64,000 nucleotides of DNA from Tubiluchus corallicola (lineage: Eukaryota; Animalia; Priapulida), in contig JAQGDQ010000128.1 in NCBI GenBank assembly GCA_030141605.1, positions 1 through 64,000 on the forward strand, read 5' to 3'. Of this stretch, positions 30,691 through 44,740 are shown in pieces. Made by a program: the position numbers and the translations under genes. Within the stretch, counting starts at the first letter, position 1; each line of letters starts with the position of its first letter. The notes below the pieces were generated by a model. It searched no databases and had not been told where the DNA came from. It worked only from the letters and a program-made list of their open reading frames with translations.

Positions 30691-32079
30691 TCGATTTAAT
30701 TTATTATGCAGTACATGGATGGGTGAGATTTGAATATTTGTGTTCACAGCTGTTCATTGTACAAGAAGCTATGTAAGCAATGTGGTGAATTACGAAAAAT
30801 TAAATATATGTTATAAACACTATGCTAGCCTGGAACCAGCTCTTAGCAATAGGGCTTCTGTTTGAAAAGGGGGTGGTTTTGTGGTAATGTATCAATTTAT
30901 CAACCTGACTCAACGTTGTTTAATTTTAGCTGTTATGCACCTAGTCGAACCATGGCCACGTAAATCCCCAACAAAAACTACTCTTAAAAGACATCATTGC
31001 CTCAAGAAGAGGCGATGAAGAATGTACAATTTTCCTGAACAAATAGGTGAGCAAAGAGGAGTATGAATAGATGCGTGAACAACCAAACAAAAGAATAAAA
31101 GAGGAAATGTACGAAAAAAACAAAAGCAGCAAACAATGAACAGATAACGCAATTGCCTGTAAATACATGTATAGCAAATATGCTGAGCAGGGACTTTTGA
31201 AACCAAAAGTTCTAAAATATCAGACTTTTCGAATAAGCAGTACTACTTTATCAAACCGTGCCTTATACACGCATGCTGTAAAGCAAATCAATCTTGCAAC
31301 AGTTATTTACATGTCAATAGACCACCCAATAGGTTAGTTATCTTGTCTCACTGACTTCTCATTTAGAGTTACAATTAGACATACAGGGTCAAAGAACGAT
31401 GTGGGGTGCGAGTCCTCGATTTCCAATTTCCTTCATAATAGAAACCAAATCAGTTCCAAAAGGAAAGACGCTGAAACCAATTTTAGATGCCGTGAGAAGC
31501 CAACAACTAGTTAATCAACTCCTTCGACAAGTAACCTCCTCAAAGATCGTCAGTGCTTTGATGAGAGATTGCATGCACCACAAGAACACCGTATCATTTG
31601 CGGCTGCTGCAGAGTAGTACGGGTTTGAATCGATAAGTCGTGCTCAACCACTGTGTATCGTCGAAAAACTTGCAGCCCGCAGTTGGTCGTGATGCTGCGC
31701 AGAACCTTGCACACGCGCTGCAGCTGTTGATGGTAAAATGTGACGTTGGAAACTTAATAAAACACAGAGAGTGAAAAAGTCAGGGAAATATTTTGCTCAA
31801 AGTTGAAACAGGTTAACTAAAGCTCGACGAAGTGTGTTATTATTTATTGTTCATTGTCATGAGTCGCTGAATCATCTCAAAAGTTTTTTTACTACGTCTG
31901 TAACACCTTCGGCAATGTTACACCAGGACAGATGACTTGATTTCAATGCTTTAAAGTTGGCACTAACAATTAATAAGTAATAACAAGACTATTACGCGTT
32001 GATTGCACGTGCGTAAGAGTATTAAAAGCCACGATGTGCTAATGATTGCGATATTCTGCTGTTGCAAGTTGTTGTTTAC

Positions 32080-32237
32080 GTAAGTGAACTTGCACGAATA
32101 GCAAACTTTGAAGCAACGCAGGGACCAAAAATGAAATCTCATATATTGTACGCAACAAAAAACGTCTGTGCAAGCGGTTGAGGATAGTTTAAAACAAAGC
32201 TCTTAGTTAATTGCCTTATCAAATTATCTTTTGTCAG
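32080..32237 (+). other. Putative 5'-UTR intron of the GPCR
   Basis: GTAAGT at 32080-32085 and pyrimidine tract plus CAG at 32237, immediately before the ATG. Confidence 0.45.
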
Positions 32238-32238
32238 A

Positions 32239-33100
32239 ATGGATTCAATAGAAGTCGACGAGGTTAAAATCGCCAACTATCCAAATGGAGCGATCACTGC
32301 TAACGAGAATCTAGCAGTGAAGGCGAACAATACGGACAACCACAGCGATATTGCTCAAATTTTAGAAAGTGAGCTTGGACCGAAAAGAGGCCCCATGACT
32401 GTAGTTTTACCAATCACTGTTTTATTTTTAATGATTCTGGTTTCGGGTGTCATAGGCAACCTATCTACTTGCGTAGTGATAGCTAGGAACCGTTATATGA
32501 GAACTGCAACTAATTATTATCTATTCAGCCTAGCCGTGTCAGATTTGTTGCTTCTGGTGCTTGGACTGCCTCAAGAATTGGTGCAATATTGGCAAGAGTA
32601 TCCATACATGTTTGGACATGTGTTCTGCATTGTACGAGGCATGGCTTCCGAGACATCAATATACGCTAGTATCATGTCAATATCTGCATTTACTGTTGAA
32701 AGATACTTGGCAATTTGTCATCCTGAGCAAAAACACGAAGCATCCAAGCTCTCCAGAGTTGTGAAGATCATTGTAGCTATATGGATCGTGGCAGCTTTGT
32801 GCAGTGTCCCAATTATTATACAATTTGGTATTGTCCACGTACCTCATCCAAGAACTGGTTTACCTATCCCAGAGTCGGCTCAATGTACTATTCGAAACTT
32901 CATTCCAATTGTTTTTGAAGTGTCAATGGCGTTGTTCTTTTTTGCACCCATGTGCGTTATAACAATTCTGTATCTTCTTATCGGCTACGAACTCCGGAAA
33001 ATGCAACTATCTAGGACGTCTTCGGATGCGTCTTCCGACAGCAACGAAGTAGCAGCACGGTTGCAGGTCTGTGCTCGCCGTGCCGTACTTAAAATGCTAC
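32239..33100 (+). CDS. Pyrokinin/PRXamide (neuromedin U receptor-like) rhodopsin-family GPCR, first coding exon (N-terminus, TM1-TM5, ICL3); remaining exons not found in the window
   Basis: ORF with LGPKR, GVIGN, MRTATNYYLFSLAVSDLL, YPYMFG, FTVERYLAICHP, FFFAPM, RRAVLKML. Acceptor ttgtcag at 32231-32237; strong donor C|GTGAGT at 33101. No TM6/TM7 exon (CWxPFH) recognised downstream. Confidence 0.92.
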
Positions 33101-34442
33101 GTGAGTATGCCAAATTACCTGTATTAGAAGAGAATTAACTTACTCAATTGAATTGCATAAAAATTGCTAACTGTGTCTGTTGAAGCTTGTACTTTCAAGC
33201 TCAGCAAATTGTCACACTCTAGAGTTAGCAAGTGGGACAGGGCGGATTTGGAAATGCAAATCGAGAGATAGAGCCTATAGATAAGCACCTTAAATGTATA
33301 AAACCACATTTGCTAAATCCCAGTACCTTACCCTGAATAATTTTAGCCCAATCGATCTACTTCTTCTACATTTGTAGAGTGCAGGCGCCTGCTTAAAACG
33401 GGGCTTATATCGTCAAAACCGTTGGTGATCAAGAATAATATTATTGCATTAAACGCATGAGAATTATGTTAGAATTAACGTAAAAATGAAAGGTTGCTCG
33501 TTTCTCCAATTTGTTTATGTCGCTCCGTTTTCCAAACATGCACGCACAATTTGATGTTCTGCCAAACAGCCTAGAAATAACTTTTAAAAACTTGAATGCT
33601 GTGTGAAAGCAGCGTCGCTGGAGTTGCTTATTGAACCTTGAATCTTAAGTATTGTAGTAGGGAATTATAATCCATTGTTGTTAGTCAACATTCAAGATTC
33701 ATGATGCGCAGCAATAGCAGAATTAACTTCAAACAAATCTTCACAGAATGTTGTGTGCGCGCAATATAATATACATGGCTATACATGATTACGATTGCAC
33801 GTTTTTAGCGCTTTTAGTGTGTGTATTTCGCACCAGCTCAGCAAACGGTATGATACAAACGTTGGTCACCTTAAAATTCTCCCATCTCGATACACAACCA
33901 ATCGTTAACTGTTCAGGACATATAACTATATAGTAACGAAAACTTCGTTTGTTAATAGTAAATACATGTACATGGATCAATTCCACATCAAAAATTTTAA
34001 TACGAATTTCAGCGAGCTTTAAATTTTTTCAAAATTTCGTACAACTTGGTTTGCGATTCAGAATCAGTAGATTATTGACTATTGATAAAGTGAATCCAGA
34101 TGTATTATAAATTAAACTTAATTTAATGTGTTACTGTATCTTGATTATAAGTTCCTAATGGTGATGGATGTAAGTACGGCACCACCTGACCATCAACTAC
34201 TAACGCTACCTACCCGCTGGGTAATCAACCACTAACACTACATGGTGCGGGCGCTTACCACGTAGTGTTATTCCCTCATAACACTGATATGAATTTCTTA
34301 GGTGCAAGCAGTTTAGTAAGTCTGTCGCTGCGTGGTGACTGTTGCCTTGCCTGACCAACCGATTTCAGATTCACAATAATGTTTGATAACTTATATTTTA
34401 ATTACTGCTATACAATTTGTCTCACTCGAATGTATGTCACTT

Positions 34443-34582
34443 CGCCAGTGGTACAGTTAACCAGTGGTACAGTATAGCCAGTGGTACATTTCGACAGTGC
34501 TACAGTTCGGCAGTGGAACAGTATAGCCAGCGGTAGGTACATTTCGACAGTGGTACAGTTCAACAATGGTACAGTTCGCCAC
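34443..34582 (+). repeat. 15-16 bp minisatellite (CAGTGGTACAGTT..) x ~9
   Basis: Direct observation; resembles a transposon subterminal array. Confidence 0.85.
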
Positions 34583-37012
34583 TTTGCTACTTTCTTGATT
34601 ATTGATGCTGCTATTGTTGCTGTTGCTGCTACTGACGTTGTTCTTCTTGTTGCTCTGAGTTTCCTAGAATTGATATTTGACAGTTGACGTTGAAATTCTC
34701 GTCCTCTCACGTCGCTCGTCCTTCGAAAACGCCGAAGTGTATAAATGTAGTAAGATGGGTTGTGTCTGCTATTTGTTTTAAATAAAATCATTTGACACCT
34801 GTCTCAAAAATATGTTTGATCTTTAATCTGTTTGATCACAATAAACTGGTTTGATTTATAGCAAATGCTTAGCAAATTATAAAATCAGATACGAGTTCAC
34901 TTTTCCTAAAACACAGCTTTGTTCGCCGTATCCTTCTTTAAACATGTTTTTGATGTGCCAGATATCACTCTTGCATTTCTAAGAATCGTAATCGGTCATT
35001 TCTATTAGCACTAACCTAATTGGCTTCGATTTTTCTGCTTCAAGTTGAATAAGAGAAGGACGTGAGAACACTCTGGCCTTTATTTCCCATTCACTCGATG
35101 CAGCTCGCAACATCTGGCTGCAATTTACCATCATTGCTTTTCCCAAAGAAATGTTGAAAATGTTGTTTGGTTTCGAACGCGCTCATGCAAAAACTGTTAC
35201 TCCTTGTCAAGTGAAAGTAAAAAACACAAACTGCATCCTTCGAGATGTAATCTGTCCTATTTTTGAATGGCAGAGCAGCTTTCACTACCTGACTCATTTC
35301 ATGTATGCTCGGCAAATTTTTCCGAGAGCCTACTTGCGCAGACATAAAACTTTAATGGGTTGTTTTTCCACTTTCCATCGGGTCATGGAAAAAGGAGATG
35401 TGTCAAATGCTTTTTGCTGAAAAGCTGTTTCAGTAGTATCCAGTTTAGTAATGGTCGAATTTGTTAAATTAATATTAGAACATTTTGAAATCAAGTTTTG
35501 AAATCAAATTTTTCCCATTTAATTTGCACATGTGTGCAAAACCACTGGAAATCATACTGTGGGAAGTCCTGTAAAACATGTTTAGCCTATACATAACACT
35601 ATGTGCCTAATATTACAACGGTGTCAAGTTACTGGCGTGATTGACGAGAATGTTTTGGTTGTTAGCTTATAATTGTAAGAGTTGTGCCACATATTTTCAT
35701 TAAGAAAATGATCTATACAATACAAACAAAAAATCTATGAAACGCGTCATCTTCACAGCCATGCCCTTTATGCACAGTGCTCACAACATGAATCACTGAG
35801 AAACCGATAATTATTGTAACATTGACGTACTTGACAAGTTAAGTGAGCATTTATTGGCTAGCTCCTATCGGAATTGCAATATTAGCCTAGGAACTGTATT
35901 TTCGAAAGTGCATCACCGTGATTAGTCCGAGGCTAAGGCAACTTAGCCTAGCTTTTAAATCGCCGATTTCGCCATGATCCTGCGTGCAAATTACTGTGTA
36001 GACATTTAGCAATTTGTTGATTAGGTACAGAGCTCAGTGGCAAACCGACCGGCACTGTACTTTAGTACTGAGATGGTGAAAATATAGAACATTATAGTAC
36101 ATATTTTATTAATGGCCTACATATTTTATTAATGCTACAAAACATGCAGTTTCCCATTCTATTATACATTACTCTTTAAATCTGCTAAATATATCCAACT
36201 TAGTACAATAGAAGACATACAAAGTCGCTTCGTTGTGTGAAAAGACGGTAATTTGCTTAAATTGATGTTATTATGACCCTGGCAAAAATTTGGGTCCTGT
36301 TTTTTCAGTTGACACTATTCCAAAGTTGCCATTTGATTATCTCAAGCTTCCTGGCTCTGAATTCACCTGTACCAGAATTTTCGAAGTATCAACATTTCTG
36401 TCAAAAATTTTATACACTACCCCTGTTGTTTTCTTTAGTATGCTACTTTTTAAAAAAAATTCTTTAGATATACCACCTTACAGCTAAGCCAAGCGTAATC
36501 AAAACTTTCAAATGCCCCATCAGATCTAGTAGTAAGTTCTTGTTAAGTTTATTTTGCTACTATTAGCACAAATAACTGCTACTTTTTTGCTGTTTTTTCT
36601 TTCTCTTTGTTGTTTCTGATGAGCTGAAGATACATATTGCTAATGTTACATCGCCATTCAATAGGAAAAAAACAGAGAAAAATGCAAATAGGAGATGCAG
36701 CAGGTTATTTCACCTACTCACACTTTTAAATGCCAAATGTACCTGTGCAAATAATGAGTACATGGCATACAAGAATCCCTCCTTCAGTTCTGATAATTAA
36801 GGATACAATGATGACCGTAATGATCATGTGATAAATTTTTGACTTGCTTTGATAAACGTTAGAGGAAGTGAGCTTTCAATATGCCACCTACGTTTTTTGT
36901 TTGTGGCGGAAGCAAAGTTGGTCTCTGCTTGTTAACTTAATCATCTAATGAAGCTTTTACAAACTTTAGCCAGCACCCTTTACATACGCAGAACATCACA
37001 TGCCATATATAT

Positions 37013-37350
37013 GTTACAGACTATGTGTAAAAATCAGTCGTTTTATAAAATCCCTAAGCATTTCTTATAATACCTAGGCTGTGTGTCTTGGGAAAAATGT
37101 GAAAGAAATGTTTTAGCGGAAGCATTATTACACTTTACGTAGCTATACATTTTGTATAACAGCTAGGATCTATATAGAATGCGCAAAGTGACTGCAGAAA
37201 AGTGTAAAGTGAACATAATTCGTGTTGAATCCAACATTTCCTAGATTTTTATACAATATCTATGCATTGTATAGAAGGCATAAAATGACTTAGCCAATGC
37301 ATTGATTAAGTGAGCAATTCAACTAAGTAAGCAGTTCAACTTAGCTCGTG
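37013..37350 (-). repeat. Interspersed repeat family D copy 2
   Basis: See 1442-1755. Confidence 0.75.
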
Positions 37351-39084
37351 AGTTATTATTTTCCGGTGAGACATCTAATATTGAAAAGACACATATAACT
37401 GAATGGCAACAAGTAAGTAGCTGTCAAAATGTAGTACAACTGCATTTGTACAACATTTAGTACAATGACTTTGTACAACTGCGAATTATATATAAAAAAT
37501 TTAATTCCAAAAATTGTTTATTAACTAACACAGCTTGTTTATTAATATAATTATTATAATTATTGACTAGGAAGGTGACACTTATGATTACTGATTATTG
37601 ATTATGTACTAGGAACACATTGCAAACGATAACTTTGCCATTAATTAGAAACAGTTTATAGCTAAGACTATTAGCTAAAAAGGAAACAGCGAAATATAAT
37701 ATCAAGAAAATGATATGGTAGCGCTTTTGTAAAAAAAAAGAGTTAAAGAGTTATTTGCGTAATAAGTAGAAAAATGCAGAAACATGTATATATCTGATAA
37801 ATATTGTGCAAAAAGGAACTCATTAATAGAAAATGTTTACTTGTTACAAGTGTCCCTACAGCATTTGGAATTACATATTATATTATATTCATACACAAAA
37901 ACATTTCGTCAAATGTAACATCTTCTGCTTGCCACCAAAGGCGTCTTACATTTAGTAACACCTTGCGCATAGTCGTTTCAAAACACTGTTGGTTATTTCC
38001 AGCTTATAAAAGCCATCACTCGTCACATCAACCACGACAGCTAAAATATTTTGTGCTTTTCTATCAACGTCAATTGTGCCTCTCAATAGGTGGGAACTTC
38101 TTATTTGGTAACTCTTTTATTTTCTTTGCTGGATGTCTTTCTCTTTCTATTCTCTTTCTTTAGACAAGCTTTTGTAATTAATTATAATTAATTATATAAA
38201 CCGAGAATCCGGGCAGCTTTTAATTAACATTTTTATTTTTTATTTAAATTCACTTTTAAAAGGATGATTTTAATTTCACTGTGTGTGATGCTAATAAGTA
38301 ATAAGTACAACGACACCAACTTTTGCTCAGTTCTGACACTGCATGAAGGAATTGCCAATGGGTGAAGCAAACAGCATTCATGAAAAGCTGTCAAAGATAT
38401 TAAATGAGGTAATAGTTTTGGGAAAAGTAAAAAGGAAATAAATAATAAAATAATAGAACTAACCGAGAAAATAAAGTTCAAACCGAAGCGGCTTTTCAAC
38501 GCCAAATGTGTATGGAAAAAAGAGTATTAAAAGAAGGCGAAGTATCTAATCGCCCTAGGTGTCTCTACTGAATGTACAAGAGAATGCGATAAAAACGGAT
38601 AAAAAGAAAATTGGAAGCCATCTTGGAGTCCACAATTCACATTGCTGACTTTATGCGAATGGGTAAACATGGCAATATAACATTCGCTCTATTCAAGTAA
38701 CATTAGGCAACAGGAAAGCGAGAAAATACTGTTAGAGAGTAGCAAGAAACGGAAAAATGCCGACGTCGTATTGAAGAGGATTTATTTGAACAAGAATGTT
38801 CATCCGGGAATTCCTAAAGCAATCCGGAAGTTTCGTGAGCACAAGAAAAACGAGGAAGAAAGACCAGAAAATGAATGAAGTACTGTTGTTTACGATTCGA
38901 AATCCATGTGTTTGTGGACGATGTAGTAGCAAGTAGATTCAAACCGACTTTTGTAAAATGCCGGCGAAACAATGCATTAAGATAATACCTTTAAATATTA
39001 ATAGAATTGGTAACGTATTTTCATTTCCTAATATTAATTTAAATTTCACCACTGCTTGTATCTGGGAAATTGTGAAATAGTCTC

Positions 39085-39700
39085 GAAATTTTTACTTTTC
39101 ACAAAGTAATACTATATCTTCCTCATTTTCAATATATAAATTATTACATTATATAGATGCTCTTTAAAGAACAGGTAACTTAATAGGATTATGATGTCGT
39201 CCAGTTTCTACAGCAAGAGAATGCGAGCTTATACGCAATTTAGCAAATGCAATTTTTGCTTCTAGATACAGAATTACATAATAAATAGTTTTCCATCGAG
39301 CAGTTATTCTTAAGTATTCTTCCCTGTTTACATGCATTGTGATTAAACTAGTGTGTACTTTCCATTTAGTAAAATAATAATTTTGCACTTTAGTTTTAGT
39401 TTATTTAACAAGCATTTTCTACTCAGTGCAGTTTGATTGTCCCTGATATGACTGAAGCTTGTGCAGTTTACAATGTCACGGACAAATTTGACCCAACTGT
39501 TTGCATTTGACGGATGTGGGATGAGACGTAAGGACTCCCTGGAGGTTACTTTGGCCAGTGATATTACAGGTAGGCTAATTATGTGCAACCAATGACTTAC
39601 TGCTGTACATACTAATATTGATTCCTAGAAGGTACTGTCCTAATTCTCCTCTTACAGCGTGTTTAACAGATACAATCCCAAATATACATATATACATATA
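39085..39700 (-). mobile_element. Degenerate LINE ORF2 C-terminal fragment (RTE-X/CR1-like)
   Basis: Minus strand gives HAVRGELGQY, AFAKLRISSHSLAVETGRH and CNNLYIENEEDIVLLC, resembling the AVxGELG / RISxHxLxIETGR / C..IEDExH..C pattern; stops and frameshifts present. Confidence 0.75.
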
Positions 39701-40324
39701 CATTATAATTAGAGTGGTGTAAGGCACGGCTAAAGTTGGTGCAAAATCCTTTATCTGTTAACATATTCACAAACTGCCTGAATGAGTTATAGAAGTTTAC
39801 ACCTAGGTATTAGTAATCTTTCATGGCGTTTTCTGTAATCATTTCTAATGGGCAACTATGGTTTTCAGGATATTCAAGAAAGGTGAACGTTTAAACTCCT
39901 CTAATTACAGGGTATTAGTATCCTCTCCGTACTTCCTACGATATATGATGGTGTTTTAAATAAAATATTTATAATGTGGTTTACTCTAGAGTAGAGCAAG
40001 CAAGAGGGCTGCAGCGCCGCGGTTATGTTGAACAGATTCCGCAGTACGCACACCATGTCCAGTTGACGTGTATGTTTCACGAAGTATGTCAAACAGTTTA
40101 CTTTTTGGCACGTCGAACTACACAACAGCTTTTCCTTCTTGCACACTGCACAGGGACTAAATAAGTTTGTTTTGTTTTTTGTTGGACAACCAACACATCG
40201 TAATTCTTCAATAGCCAGTAACAATGAGGCTGCTTTTTGTCCCTGATTTTTGAATCATTCACATCGTTGCTAATATTTTCGTCTTGTAGACAGACAATGT
40301 TCTTAGCTGTCTTTGCTGGTGCCC

Positions 40325-40573
40325 GGTAAAAATCGCACATGAAAAAATGACAATGTAAAAGTGGAGCGAGAAAAATGGCACAAATGTAAAAGTAGGTAAA
40401 AATGTCACAGAAAAAAAATGACACAGGAAAACATGGCACAGGAAAAAATGGCACAGGAAAACATGACACAAATTGAAAAGTTGGAAAATATGGCACATGT
40501 GTTACTTTGATGCAAATGATTTCTATAACAAAACTAGAATGCGCTCAGTAGGCAGTAGATCTCTGCCAAAGCC
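40325..40573 (+). repeat. Repeat family C copy 2
   Basis: About 10 degenerate 15-bp units, then ACTAGAATGCGCTCAGTAG. Confidence 0.75.
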
Positions 40574-42172
40574 GTACATCCGAAACTTATTCGTTTGATT
40601 CTTTTGACAAAAAATTTAACAAAAATTAGCAAACATACAAAATTGTACCTAGGAAAATTATATTAGGACAACTACCAATCGATTTTATTTTTACATAGAC
40701 TAAATTCTATTCAACATCCTATAAAATGCCTAGAAAAAAGTACATCTAAAACTTGAGAATTACATACTTTGCCAAAACAAATTTTGAGTTATAAGTAATG
40801 CCTAAGGAAACTGCAAAAGAAATTTTTAGACCCTTTACTTGGTTTATTTTGGTACTTCACAAAATGCCTAGGCATTTTATAGCATACGCGATTTTATACT
40901 TTGCTTGTAGAATTTACAAAACACAGCGATTGCGTGATCTGAAGCACTTTCTTGCCTACACATATTGCCCACCAGATCAATTAGCCTGTCGCGGATAAAC
41001 ACGTTTAATAAACCTTAATTTATAACAAATTAGACAATGTTTACTTTCGGTCACCTTTGCTTGTTCAAAATAAAAAATTAAAGGGCGGGTCATTGATATT
41101 TTTTCGTGTTTGTAAATTATTAAGCGCGCTCATGGGCTTCAGTTGTTCATTGTAACATCTATATATTGTAGGTACTGTTAACAAAACACCTAAACTGCCC
41201 CATAACACGGGCCTTTCACTTCAGAATCCTGTTTACAGCTTTTTCTATACAGCCCGGTACCTCTCCGACAGAGCTTACTTAATATATATGACAGGATTGA
41301 TATTCATCTAATCACAAAGGCTATCATTTAAAATCGGCAAATATGACTTAGCCACTTTCGAAAGCCGGTACATCTTCTCCCAACGATAAAAACTAATTTG
41401 ATTAATTCATTTCTACTTAACATGCAAAACTTCACGATTTCCCGTAAAAGACGTTTTGATCTTGGCGATTACATAATCGTACGTGTTTGCAAAACAAAAT
41501 TAATTATCATGCTAAATTTTGAGCATTAGTCATTGAAATATGTAAAAAAGATTACTGGATGCTTTGTAATATTGAGTCATTGATTTCTGTTTTCCAATTC
41601 AAATGATAAAGCAGTTCTAAGCTAATGGTTGAACAATATGCACGATATATCTTGAAAATTAAGTAACAGTTATACGGTTGTTTCTCTTCAAGCACTAGTA
41701 AATGCAAAAGAAATTGTTCGAAACGATTCTTCTAAGAACAGACAAAAGCAAACAAGCAAATGATCTGGCATTGTAATGCTTTGTAAATGATGATGCATTA
41801 TCCCTATTACAATCGATACTAAAGTAGTATTCTTTCAGCCTTGTCGTTACGCTATGATTTTACGTTCAATCCAAAACATTACCCTTTGTAATTCTGTAGC
41901 TCTCCACTTTTATGTTATCATTCATGTCAAGTTGAAAAGAATTGACAATGGACAAAATGATGGAAAATAAACTGACTGTTAGACAGCCAACGACCGTTTT
42001 TAGGTCGTAAAGCAGCATTATGGTGGCTATAACGTGCATGTAACTAAAACCTTAAACATTTTTGACGTAAAAGCAAAATACCTGAAATACATACTCTAAA
42101 AGATCAAAACTAATAACACCGCATTGAGCCACTGTAGCCATCGTAGCTTTTGGCATAATTTCCAAATTTTAG

Positions 42173-42640
42173 AAGGGAAGAAAAAGCATTTTCAAAGTAT
42201 GCCCCAAAGAACTTTCCATACAAAATTTTAGTACTTAACATTACACTTACCTGCTTGAAAGACTCATGTAACTAGAAAATTAGTAATTTAAATGTTCACC
42301 CCAACTGGTAATATGTCACAAACTCACCTTCCCAGTAGATATCACAGACTCACCAAAAACGCATTTTTATTGATAACACACAATACTTTATACTTTGCTT
42401 AGTTAGTGAAGTGTGCGCTACGAATGCTCTGATTATTTATTCAAATTTTACTCAATGTTATCTAAACTTATTTCAAACTACTTACCGTCAAAATGGCTGC
42501 ACCTAATGGTCATCGCGGGAGTACAGCGTTGCAAGCTCTTAATGCAAGCTCCGTGCGCAATAAGATAGTATGTAAGTGACAAAATTTCAAGACTAATTTT
42601 TTAACTTTATGTAAGTAGGCGTAAAGGGTTTTCTTGTGTT
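42173..42640 (+). repeat. Interspersed repeat family B copy (GPCR intron)
   Basis: Colinear with the two CYP-intron copies. Confidence 0.85.
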
Positions 42641-43644
42641 TTAATAAACTCAAAGCTTTTTTACTATAAGTTTCAAAAACGTAGTAGGAAAGGCAACCTG
42701 GTTCATGTCAGACTAAGTACAGCTTTCAAAATTTACTGATTTTTGACATTATATTTTATGTAAGTCATGTAGAAAGTTACGGCAAATTAGAGTTATTACG
42801 CTTATACATCGAAAATACTAATAACATCGAAATTACATCGCAATTATGTGACTTAATTAATAGCAGCAGGTTTCCTCGACAATGATTTCTTTTAACAGGG
42901 TTCACAAAAATTTATAGATTCATCAATCACTAAATTAATAAAAGCACTTAATAGTTTTGAGACCTAGAAAGAAGGCCAGACGGCATAGACGTGCAGTATC
43001 AGAAATTGGTTGGTTTTTCACAACTTACCTCACATTCTCAAATTTATAGCCACTTCAGTTTTCGCTTCAACATTCTTTCGTCGACATGGAGAAGGTGATC
43101 ACCCAAAACGGACCTCCACATAACTTTTTTCCATCAAACTACAAGAAACATGCCACTTCAAAGAGTAGTAATGTGAGGGTCAGAGCTGGCTCCTGGTGAG
43201 CACATAAAGCACACCCCAAAGCGGCAGTTTATTGACACTCATCAACCCTGGCACCGACAGGAAGCCCATTTCTTCTTTCATGCTAAATGACCTGAAGTAT
43301 GAGGAGTACAATAAGACACAATGCATGCCTTATAATCGTTATAAAATGACCAAAGATGCATGCAAACTCGCCAACATTCGGGAGCGGGTTCATGACATAA
43401 CACGCTTTAAGTGTGAGAATAAACACATTTCGCCATTGGAGTTCTTCAGTGGTTGACCATTTGAGACGAACGAGCTTTATGTTGATGGAGAGACGGCAGA
43501 CATTTTCTCAGCGCCTTGGGTAGTAGCCTACGCAAAACTTTAATCTAAATGAGATTATAACAGTTTGGTGGCTCCTTTCGCATGGCATTGTCTTGGATTA
43601 CATTATATGATGGAAACCGTAGCGCTTAAAAGGTTCGCTAAATG

Positions 43645-44020
43645 ACAAGAAAACGCTTTTCATAAATAAAGCTTAGAAATTCGTCTTGAAATTTTATATC
43701 ACTTATATGCTTTTTTACTGCGCACAAAGCTTGTATTAGCAGTAACGCAGTAAAACTTGTAAATTTAAACTCCACCATGAACCTAAAGGATACCTAACTT
43801 TATGTTGTCAATAAGACCAATAATGTGCTTTTTAATGAGTCAGTGATACTCACTATGATAATGTTACAGAGACGTTTTACCAATTGGCGCAGACGTTTTA
43901 ATTTATTAAAAATTTTCTTTTCCAATTACACATGTTTTACAAACAAGTAAAAGTATCGCTAAGTAATATAACTTTACATGGAAAGGTTTTTGGGTCATAC
44001 TTTAAAATTTACTTTTCTTA
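43645..44020 (-). repeat. Interspersed repeat family B copy, reverse orientation, internally deleted
   Basis: Reverse complement reads AAGAAAAGTAAATTTTAAAGTAT...AAAGTTATATTACTTAG...AAGTGATATAAAATTTCAAGACGAA. Confidence 0.8.
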
Positions 44021-44439
44021 AAAGAAAATTTATCACTGTTGTGAAACAAGAAATGAAAAGTAAAACAATTGTTAAATCAGCCTGCATATAGGTTTTGACA
44101 GAAGAATAGCTCTAGTGCTTAACGAAATCTTGAGCACTTCGGATCTGCTTGGAATCTTCTTGTAGCCCAACATACACAGTAGGACAGTCCTTTTAGGAGG
44201 CATATAATGGAAAGAAAATGTTTAAAAATATATCAATATCAGTAATATTAATAATAATATTAATAATTTAAGGCAGTACCAATATGACCAGCATTTTCAA
44301 AATAGCCGAAATGGTAGCTGTTGCTGGCTTATAAAAACATATCTTACGCCATACGAAAATGTGAACGCAATTGATTCAGAAAAAAACAGCTCTATAAGCA
44401 ATCCACGCCAATACTGTTTGAGACCAGACTTCAGACTTT

Positions 44440-44740
44440 TACAGAAAGAAAAAAAGCATGGCTTGGCCAACATAACAGAAGCATCTTTAACATTTTTATC
44501 TTTAAGAAACACTACTAGAGCAGAACTATTGACTGAACTCATGCCTGTGCTGGAACGTTTCGTTGTACTCCTGTATCACAAAGCTGGCACATTGACGTCA
44601 GTTTGCAAAGCATGCAAAGGCTTGTTCACTAGAAAGGAAAGGTTTTTTTGTGACAAATTCTACAACATATACCACACTGTTGGGACACATCAGAGGAGTT
44701 GTACAATATCAGGCAGATATTGTTGGTCCACGCATTGATC
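44440..44740 (+). mobile_element. Degenerate transposase fragment, probably Academ-type (XPG-like region)
   Basis: MPVLERFVVLLY...SVCKACKGLFTRK, then in another frame TTLLGHIRGVVQYQA and YCW, resembling the LERFVxxLY..ARxxLF..PPT..LxxHxxRAxYQA..W motif recalled from such elements. Confidence 0.55.

Noticed and set aside
30325-32239. Functional link between the P450 array and the adjacent neuropeptide receptor
   Set aside because: Adjacency alone implies nothing in animal genomes; it would need conserved synteny or co-expression.
34443-34582. Regularly spaced short repeats resembling a CRISPR array (also 40325-40500, 51584-52060)
   Set aside because: Eukaryotic context, degenerate units, no unique constant-length spacers, no cas genes.
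36180-36560. IEDIQSRF peptide resembling a CR1/Jockey C-terminus
   Set aside because: One short motif without supporting flanking motifs.
37900-40230. Cys-rich minus-strand peptides (RLCARCY, PCAVCK, WCAYCG)
   Set aside because: Possibly transposase zinc-finger relics, but too fragmentary to assign.
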